Source: Planctomycetota bacterium (GTDB lineage: Bacteria; Planctomycetota; Phycisphaerae; SM23-33; FEN-1343). Taken from it: a DNA stretch of 27,378 bases. Each line of letters begins with the position of its first letter. The stretch's first letter is position 1. The notes beneath the pieces were generated by a model, which did no database searches, was not told the DNA's origin, and saw only the letters and a list, made by a program, of their open reading frames with translations. The position numbers and the translations under genes were made by a program. The stretch is taken from positions 1 to 27,378 of the forward strand of contig JAAYZK010000107.1 of assembly GCA_012514895.1 (NCBI GenBank). The letters run 5' to 3'. Shown here in pieces: positions 16,488 through 24,000 of this stretch.

Positions 16488-17222
16488 ATGGGGCTTTTCA
16501 GGCGCATCCACCGTATCACCGTCGGCCGTGTCTCGGCGTTTCTCGATCGCGTGGAGGATCCCGAGATCGTCTTTCCCCAACTGCTTCGCGAGATGGAGCA
16601 GCAACTGCAGCAGGCCACGGGCCAGGAGGCCCGGGCGACCGCGGCGGTCACGCAGGTGGAGGTCAAGATCGACCGCCTCCGCCGCAAGGTCGAGGCCATG
16701 GGCCGCGGGGCCTTCCAGGCGCTCAAGCAGGACCGCGAGGACGTGGCCCGCGAGGCGCTGGGGGCGCAGATCGACACCGAACACGAGATCGAGCGGTTCG
16801 AGGCCAGCCTGGCGTCGCTGAAGGCCTCGCGCAACCTGGCCGAGGCGTCGCGCAAGCAGATCCAGCAGCAGCTCGAGCAGTTGCGCGCCCGCAAGCACGC
16901 CCTCATCACGCGCAGCCGTCTGGCGCGGACCCGCCGGCGGATCCAGCGGAGCCTCAACGGCGCGACGGTCTCCGGCGGCAGCATCCTCGACGCGGTCGCG
17001 CGGATGGAGGAGCACATCGAGTCCATCGAGGCCGAGATGGAGGTCCAGTGCCGCCTGACCGGCGAAGGGGTGCTCAACCCTGCCCTGGAGCTGAGTCTGG
17101 CCGAGCTGGACCAGGCCGGGCAGATCGACGAGCGCCTGGCGGACCTGAAGGTGCGCCTGAAGGGTCCGGGCAAGACCGCCCCGCTGGACCTGGCGCCGCA
17201 GACGGTCCAGTGGGGTCACTAG
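16488..17222 (+). CDS. pspA: PspA/IM30/Vipp1-family (ESCRT-III-like) protein, paralog 1 (244 aa). Start at MGLFRRIHRI (AGGAAGGAG RBS), not the ORF-track start at 16290.
   Basis: N-terminal amphipathic helix plus the conserved MGLFRR...FLDRVEDPE...LREMEQQL block typical of PspA/Vipp1. All-helical heptad-rich sequence; length about 220-250 aa. Confidence 0.88.
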   Translation: MGLFRRIHRITVGRVSAFLDRVEDPEIVFPQLLREMEQQLQQATGQEARATAAVTQVEVKIDRLRRKVEAMGRGAFQALKQDREDVAREALGAQIDTEHEIERFEASLASLKASRNLAEASRKQIQQQLEQLRARKHALITRSRLARTRRRIQRSLNGATVSGGSILDAVARMEEHIESIEAEMEVQCRLTGEGVLNPALELSLAELDQAGQIDERLADLKVRLKGPGKTAPLDLAPQTVQWGH

Positions 17223-17417
17223 GTCCCAATGTGCCCCATCGGCGGCGCCGCACGTGCGGCGCGGGTATCGGGACGATCGCCTTGGCACAGACGGATTGGG
17301 GCAGGCCGGTCGGGCACACGGTGACAGCGGAATGGGAAAGACGGCTTGCACGGCCGGGCGGCGGACGTTACTTTTGTGGCGCCCGGCCGTACGGCAGGCG
17401 GGCACGAGGGTACGACC

Positions 17418-18074
17418 ATGTCCATCCTAGCGCGAATCGGGCGGATCGCCAGGGCCAACATCCGTTGGCTCCTGGAGAAGGCCGAGCCGCCGGAACAGGA
17501 GTTGGCGGCGAAGATCGAGGAGCTGACCGCCGCGGTCGCCGAGTGCAAGGCCGCCGCGGGCACGTACGGGGCGACCTTCCGCCGCCTGGAGGCCGAGGCG
17601 GCCCAGCTTCGCGATCGCCAGGCCGGCCTGCACGAGCAGGCGGAGGCCGCGATCCGTGCCGGCGACGACGCGGCCGGCCGCGGCCTGCTGACGGAGAAGG
17701 TATCCGCCACGCAGCGGCTGGCGCAGCTCCAACCGGGGCTCGACCAGGGCCGCCGGACGCTCGACGAACTGCGGGACAACCTCGGCCGCCTGACCGATCA
17801 GCTCGCCGCGGCCCGCACGAAGCAGGCGGAGCTTCATGCCCGCCAGCGATCGGCGGCGGCCCGCAAGGCCTTCAGCGAGAACGCCGGGGCGGCCGACACG
17901 CTCGGCGGCGACGTGTTCGAACGCATGGACGACGAGGTCCTGCAGCTCGAGGCCGAGGCCGACGTCTGCGAGGACATGACCCGCTCGATGGACCTCGAGC
18001 GGCGGAGCCTGGAGCTCCAGGTCGAGGCGGAACTGGCCGCGATGAAGCAGCGTCTGACCGAGGGACGGCCATGA
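17418..18074 (+). CDS. pspA: PspA/IM30-family (ESCRT-III-like) protein, paralog 2 (218 aa). Start at MSILARIGRI.
   Basis: MSILARIGRIARANIRWLLEKAEPPEQEL matches the PspA N-terminus. Coiled-coil rich. Its stop overlaps the next gene's start (ATGA). Confidence 0.85.
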   Translation: MSILARIGRIARANIRWLLEKAEPPEQELAAKIEELTAAVAECKAAAGTYGATFRRLEAEAAQLRDRQAGLHEQAEAAIRAGDDAAGRGLLTEKVSATQRLAQLQPGLDQGRRTLDELRDNLGRLTDQLAAARTKQAELHARQRSAAARKAFSENAGAADTLGGDVFERMDDEVLQLEAEADVCEDMTRSMDLERRSLELQVEAELAAMKQRLTEGRP

Positions 18075-18784
18075 TCGAATTCCTGCAATTCGCCTTCCTG
18101 CCGGCCACGGCGGTGTTCTCCCTGCTGCTGGGCGTGGTGCTGCTGTACTGGCTGGTGGTGATCGTGGGGCTGCTGGACACGGACTTCCTGAACATCGACC
18201 TCCACACCGACGGGGATCTCGGCGATGTCGGCGACGCCGGGGACGTTGACGTCGATGCCGACGTCGATGTCGGCGAGGCCGGGGACCTGGGCGACGTGTT
18301 CCACGCGATGCTCTCGTTCTTCTACGTCGGCCGGATCCCGGTGACGGTGCTGGTGACGCTGATGGTGTTCAGCCTGTGGATCCTGGCGATGGCGGCCAAC
18401 CACGCCGTCAACCCGACCGGCGGCCTGCTGCTGGGGCTGCCGATCGCCGCGGGCAGTTTCGTCGCCAGCCTGTTCGTGGTGAAGGTGCTGGGATGGCCGT
18501 TCGCCAAGCTGTACCGGGCGATGGACGGCTCGCGCGACGGATTGAAGAACGTCACGGGCAAGCTGTGCGTCCTGCTGACGGCCGTCGGGCCGGGGCGCAC
18601 GGGCCAGGCGCAGGTGGCCACCGCCGGCGCGCCGGCCGTCGTGAACGTGATCGTCGAGGACGGCGTGACGCTGGAGCGCGGCTCGGAGGCGGTCGTCCTG
18701 GAATACCGCAAGGCGTCCCACGTGTACGTCGTGGCGCCGGTGGACCTGAACGCCCCGGCCAGGCCCGTCCAGGGCGCCGGCTGA
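18071..18784 (+). CDS. NfeD-like (YuaF-type) membrane protein: 3 TM helices plus a C-terminal OB-fold beta-barrel domain, with an unusual acidic (D-V/D-G)n repeat loop between TM1 and TM2. Translationally coupled to pspA paralog 2 (ATGA overlap).
   Basis: Only the last 237 aa of the 578-aa track ORF are real; the upstream part overlaps pspA-1 and pspA-2 out of frame. TM segments FLPATAVFSLLLGVVLLYWLVVIVGLL, IPVTVLVTLMVFSLWILAMAA and LLLGLPIAAGSFVASLFVV. C-terminal GKLCVLLTAVGPGRTGQAQVATAGAPAVVNVIVEDGVTLERGSEAVVLE fits the NfeD OB-fold pattern. Sits directly upstream of a flotillin gene, as yuaF-floT does in Bacillus. Confidence 0.68.
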   Translation: MIEFLQFAFLPATAVFSLLLGVVLLYWLVVIVGLLDTDFLNIDLHTDGDLGDVGDAGDVDVDADVDVGEAGDLGDVFHAMLSFFYVGRIPVTVLVTLMVFSLWILAMAANHAVNPTGGLLLGLPIAAGSFVASLFVVKVLGWPFAKLYRAMDGSRDGLKNVTGKLCVLLTAVGPGRTGQAQVATAGAPAVVNVIVEDGVTLERGSEAVVLEYRKASHVYVVAPVDLNAPARPVQGAG

Positions 18785-18888
18785 CAGGCGGAGACGTCCC
18801 GCACCCGCGGCTGGGGACGGGTGCGATCGAGGAATGAACGACCGGCCCCCGCGGGGGCCGCTTACAGGAGACAGAGCTGATCAGTGTC

Positions 18889-20904
18889 TTGCTTGCCGAT
18901 GCGATCACCCAAGGGATGCTCATCGTCGCCGGGATCGGGGTCTTCATCCTCCTGGTGGCCGTCTATGTGATCATCAGGTGTTTTCACAAGGTCAGCCAGG
19001 GCGAGGCGCTCATCCGCAACGGCGTGGGCGGCACGAAGGTGACGTTCAGCGGGCTGGTGGTCTGGCCGATCATCCACCGCGCCGAGTACATGGACATCTC
19101 GGTCAAGCGGATCGCCATCGACCGCCGGGGCGACACCGGGCTGATCTGCCGGGACAACCTCCGCGCGGACATCCAGGTGGCGTTCTTCGTCCGCGTCAAC
19201 CCCACCGTCGCCGACGTTACTGCCGTCGCCCAGTCGCTGGGGGTCAAGCGGGCCAGCGACGAGAAGGCCCTGTACGACCTGTTCGACTCGAAGTTCTCCG
19301 AGGCCCTCAAGACCGCCGGCAAGCGGTTCGACTTCGCCGAGCTGTACGTCTCGCGGGACAAGTTCAAGGAGGAGATCCTCCAGGTCATCGGGCGCGACCT
19401 GAACGGCTACGTCCTGGAAGACGCCGCCATCGACTACCTCGAGCAGACCGACAAGAACCTGCTGAATCCCAACAACATCCTGGACGCCGAGGGCATCAAG
19501 AAGATCACCGTCCTGACCGCCGAGCAGTTCGAGCTGGCCAACGCCCGCGAGCGCGAGAAGGACAAGACGATCACCAAGCAGAATGTCGAGGCCCAGGAGG
19601 CGATCCTCGAGCTCAACAAGCAGCTCGCCGAGGCCCAGGCCAAGCAGAAGCGCGAGGTCGAGTCGGTCACGGCCCGCGAGGAGGCCGAGGCCAAGCGCGT
19701 GATCGCCGAGGAGCGCGAGAAGGCCGAGAAGGCGCGCATCAGCGCCGACGAGCAGATCGCGGTGGCCGAGGAGAACAAGCAGCGCCAGGTCATCGTCGCC
19801 GCCCGCAACAAGGAACGGACTGACGGGGTCGAGACCGAACGGGTCCAGCGCGACCGGCAGTTGGAGAAGACCGAGCGCGAGCGCCTCGTCCGCCTGGCCG
19901 AACTGGAGCGCGACAAGGTGGTCGAGACGGAAAACCGCGAGCTGCAGAACGTCATCCGCGAGCGTGTGACGGTCGAGAAGTCCGTGGCGGTCGAGGAAGA
20001 GAAGATCAAGGATACCCGCGAATTCGCCGGGGCCGACCGTTCCAAGCGGGTGCAGATCACCAAGGCCGAAGAGCAGGCCGAGCAGGCCCTGGTCAAGGAC
20101 ATCAAGCAGGCCGAAGCCTCCAAGCGGGCCGCCGAGCAGTACGCCGCCCAGCAGCTCATCGAGGCCGAGGCGAACGAGAAGGCCTCGATCAAGAACGCCG
20201 AGGCCACCAAGATCCTGGCGGCCGCATCGGTGAAGGAGCACGCGGTCACCGGCACCGCCGAGGCCGAGGTGATGGAAGCCAAGGCTGTCGCCACCGAGAA
20301 GCAGGGCACCGCCGAGGCGGTCGTGCTGCAGCGGAAGTACTCGGCCGAGGCGCAGGGCATCACCGAGAAGGCCGACGCCATGAAGAAGTTCCACGACGCC
20401 GGCAAGGAACACGAGGAGTTCAAGCTCAAGCTCAACAAGGACCGCGACGTCGACCTCGCCGCCATCGAGGCCAACCGCCTCATCGCCGCCGAGCAGGCCA
20501 GGCTCGTCGCCGAGGGCCTGCGATCGGCCAAGATCGACATCGTCGGCGGGGAGAACGACTTCTTCCAGAAGCTCGTCGGCGCCATCGGCAACGGCAAGGC
20601 GGTCGACCGGATGGTCGGCGGCTCGGACGTCCTGACGCAGGTCAAGGACGCCTTCCTCGCCGACGACCCCGAGCAGGCCCGCACGCAGATCCGCCAGTTC
20701 ATCAGCCGCTTCGGCATGACCAGCGACGACCTGAAGAACCTGACGATCTCGGCGCTGCTGGTCAAGCTCATGGGGCAGGCCGACGGCGAGACGAAGAGCG
20801 CCCTCAGTGCCCTGCTGGACAACGTCAGGAAGCTCGGCCTGCACGACGAACCGGCCCACCTGCTCGACCCGGCGGCCCGCATCGACAGGCTGCCCCGCGG
20901 CTGA
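18889..20904 (+). CDS. SPFH/Band-7 flotillin-family protein (FloT/YqiK-like), 671 aa. The start is uncertain: TTG 18889 or ATG 18916.
   Basis: N-terminal membrane hairpin (LIVAGIGVFILLVAVYVII). SPFH domain (GEALIRNGVGG...VWPIIHRAEYMDISVKRIAI...). A long EA-rich coiled-coil region and a flotillin-like C-terminal region. Confidence 0.88.
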   Translation: MLADAITQGMLIVAGIGVFILLVAVYVIIRCFHKVSQGEALIRNGVGGTKVTFSGLVVWPIIHRAEYMDISVKRIAIDRRGDTGLICRDNLRADIQVAFFVRVNPTVADVTAVAQSLGVKRASDEKALYDLFDSKFSEALKTAGKRFDFAELYVSRDKFKEEILQVIGRDLNGYVLEDAAIDYLEQTDKNLLNPNNILDAEGIKKITVLTAEQFELANAREREKDKTITKQNVEAQEAILELNKQLAEAQAKQKREVESVTAREEAEAKRVIAEEREKAEKARISADEQIAVAEENKQRQVIVAARNKERTDGVETERVQRDRQLEKTERERLVRLAELERDKVVETENRELQNVIRERVTVEKSVAVEEEKIKDTREFAGADRSKRVQITKAEEQAEQALVKDIKQAEASKRAAEQYAAQQLIEAEANEKASIKNAEATKILAAASVKEHAVTGTAEAEVMEAKAVATEKQGTAEAVVLQRKYSAEAQGITEKADAMKKFHDAGKEHEEFKLKLNKDRDVDLAAIEANRLIAAEQARLVAEGLRSAKIDIVGGENDFFQKLVGAIGNGKAVDRMVGGSDVLTQVKDAFLADDPEQARTQIRQFISRFGMTSDDLKNLTISALLVKLMGQADGETKSALSALLDNVRKLGLHDEPAHLLDPAARIDRLPRG

Positions 20905-20939
20905 TCGAGGAAGCGCCAGGCACGGAAGCGGCGTTGTCG

Positions 20940-20965
20940 CCCCTGCCCCTCTGAGGGGGCAGGGG
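20940..20965 (+). terminator. Perfect 10-bp GC hairpin (CCCCTGCCCC-tctgag-GGGGCAGGGG) between the flotillin gene and the giant ATPase gene. No U-tract follows, so it may be a partial terminator, an attenuator or an RNA-processing site.
   Basis: Inverted repeat read from the sequence. Confidence 0.35.
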
Positions 20966-21049
20966 TGACCGCCCGACGGCGTCGGACGGCCCTGACGGCC
21001 ACACGCCGCCGCCGGACGATGGGACGGACAGCGAGAATAGAACGCACCT

Positions 21050-24000
21050 ATGGCCGATAACCCGACAACGCAGTCGCAGACCGACAGCCCATCGAGCGAC
21101 ATCCAGCTCGAAGGCGGGACGTACGAGATCATCCGCAACCGCCTCCGCAAGCACGCCGACGACCTGCGAGGCCGCCTCGACAGGCTCAATGAGGCGCGCA
21201 AGGCCGTCTTCGGGGCGATCGAGACGAAGCTGCTCAGCTCCGAGCGGATCACGACCGACAACAACTGCATCCCGCGGGACATGATCACCGTCGGCGAGCG
21301 GTTCCTGTTCGGCTACAACGTCTTCATCGGCCTGCGCAGCGAAACGCGGCTGGAAGACGTCTTCGCGATGGTCCGCCGCACCGAAGGCCGTTTCGCCGCC
21401 GAGCCGCTCGACGCGATCGCCGACAAGGCGTTCCTGGCCGAATTCCGCAACCTCTACCAGTACTACCGCGGCGCGACTTTCGCGAAGTTCGCGGTGCTCG
21501 GCCCCTGCCTGTACATGGTTTTCCGCGTCGGCCGCGGAGCCGCCGACATCAAGGCGTTCAAGTGGCGCCTGACGGGCGACGGCGGCCTGGAGTACGCCGA
21601 CAGCCGGTCGACGCACGAGTTCGTCTTCCCGCCCCAGCACGAGTTCGCCTGGACGCGGGCCACGCACGACATGCACCGCTCGGGCGCCTGCCCGCACGTG
21701 TCGATCGAGGACCGCCTCTTCGTCGAGACCGTCGGCGGCGACCTGACAATCAAGATCGAGGACAACACCGCCACCGGCGAGGGCGTCTACAGCGAGCCGG
21801 TCGACAACGCCGACCAGACGCTCGACGACGCGGAGATCCACTATGCCGTCGTCGGCAACCTCATCCTGCTGAAGATCCGGCCCTACCAGGAGGAGGCGTA
21901 CCGGCACCTCGTCTTCAACGAGAAGACCCAGGACGTCGTCCGTATCGACTCGATCGCCGACGCCTGCGTCCTCCTGCCCGACGGGCACGGGCTGATCTTC
22001 CCCAAGGGCTACTACCTCCAGACCGGCCAGCAGAAGCTCTTCAACAACGACATGGAGGGGATGGTCTTCGAGAAGCGCCTGGCCAGCCCCAACGGCGAAG
22101 ACCACCTCTACGTCTTCTACAACCCCGACAGCGGCCAGTACGTCCTGCTGAGCTACAACGTCATCACGCAGGAGGTCGCCACCCCCATCGCCTGCGGCGG
22201 CTACTGCCTCTTCGACGACGGCACGCTGATGTACTTCCGCGCCGGCGATGAACCCCAGCGCCACCACGTCATCCAGATCTGGCAGACGCCCTACTGCGCC
22301 GCCGACCGCCTCACCGCGGCGCCGTCCGACACGTACCTGTTCAAGATCGGCAACAGGGAGATCGTCCGCTGCATGGCCGAGTGCGGCGAACTGCTGACGC
22401 TGCTGGCCAAGGAGGACTCCTACGCCAACCTCTACGTCGACCTCGCCCGGCGTGCAGAGGACATCCGCGATGCGTACTTCTGGCTGGGCAGCGCCGAGGC
22501 ATACGATCTCGCCGAACCGCTCGGGCAGATCCACGCCGCTGCCGCCTCGGCGATCGAGGAATACGAGAAGGTCGTCCGCACCCGCCAGGAGACCGCACGC
22601 CAAATCGCGGCCGTCGACAAGCGGGTCGGCGAACTGCTGAACCGCTCGAAGCGCGACCCGCTGAACGACGTCGACGCGTACGTCGCCCTGCTGGCCGACT
22701 TGCGGGCCGTGCGGGGCGAAGTGGTCACGTTGCGGGAACTGCGGTACGTCGACGCCGCGAAGGTCGAGGCCCTCGATCAGCAGGTGGCCGCGCGGACCGA
22801 CGAGCTGTCGGCCGGTTGTGTCGAGTTTCTCCTGCAGGAAGACAGCCTGCGGCCCTACCACGACCGCGTCGAGGCCCTGGACGCGGAGATCCCGCAGGCC
22901 GCAACGGCCGCGGCGGCGCGGGAGGTGGCCCAGGCCGTCGCGCAGACGGGCCGCGAGCTGGAGATGCTCACGGAGATCGTCTCGAACCTCAGGATCGACG
23001 ACGCCACGAAGACCACCGCGATCATCGACGGGATCTCGCTGGTCTACCAGCGGCTCAACCAGGTCAAGAGCAGCCTGCGGAACCGCCTGGACGAGCTGGG
23101 GCGCGCCGAAGGCCAGGCGGAATTCGCCTCGCAGACCCGCCTGCTGGACCAGGCGGCGGCGAACTACCTGGACGTGTGCGACGCGCCCGGGAAATGCGAC
23201 GACTACCTCGCCCGCCTGATGGCCCAGGCCGAGACGCTCGAAGCCCGTTTCGCCGACTTCGACGAGTTCATCCTGGCCCTCACCGCCAAGCGGGAGGAGC
23301 TCTACAACGCCTTCGAGGGCCGCAAGGTCCAGCTCGTCGAGCAGCGCAACCGCCGCGCGACGGCCCTGATGACGTCGGCCGAGCGGATCCTCAAGGGGAT
23401 CGCCAACCGCGTCGCGGCGATGGACGACCTCAACGCCATCGGCGGGTACTTCGCCGGGGACCTGATGATCGAGCGGCTGCGTGCGACGATCGATCAGCTC
23501 GAGCAGCTCGGCGACACGGTCAAGGCCGAGGACGTCCGCAGCCGCCTCAAGAGCATCCAGCAGGAGACCGTCCGCCAGCTCAAGGACCGTCAGGCGCTGT
23601 ACGAGGACGGCGACAACGTCATCCGTCTGGGCGAGCACCGCTTCGCCGTCAACCGCCAGCCGCTGGAACTGACGATCGTCCACCGCGACGGGGGGCTGTG
23701 GTTCCACCTGGCCGGGACGGGGTTCTTCGAGCCCATCGCCGACGAGGCCGTCGAGTCCTGCCGGGATGTGTGGGGCCTGGAGGTGATCTCCGAGACGCCC
23801 GAGGTCTACCGCGCCGAGTACCTCGCCTGGCAGTTCCTCGCCGCGGCCCGCGCCGACGGGAGCCTGGCCGGCCTGGCAGCCGCCGAACCGGCGGCCCTGC
23901 AGGAGCGGGTCCGCGCCTTCATGGCCGGCCGCTACGCCGAGGGGTACGTCAAGGGCGTCCACGACGCCGACGCCGCGGCCATCGCGGCGGCCCTGGTGCG

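Noticed and set aside
16273-17417. Sigma54 (-24 GG / -12 GC) promoters upstream of pspA-1 and pspA-2
   Set aside because: Candidate TGGCAC-like strings (16415 aGGCACGgggccTTTCG; 17270 TGGCACagacgGATTG; 17335 TGGgaaagacggcTTGCa) all have wrong GG-to-GC spacing. No PspF-like EBP gene is present in the window.
17048-18070. First ~340 codons of the 578-aa plus-strand ORF
   Set aside because: It overlaps pspA-1 and pspA-2 out of frame and is Arg/Gly/Pro-rich. Only the C-terminal 237 codons (NfeD-like, from ATG 18071) are credible.
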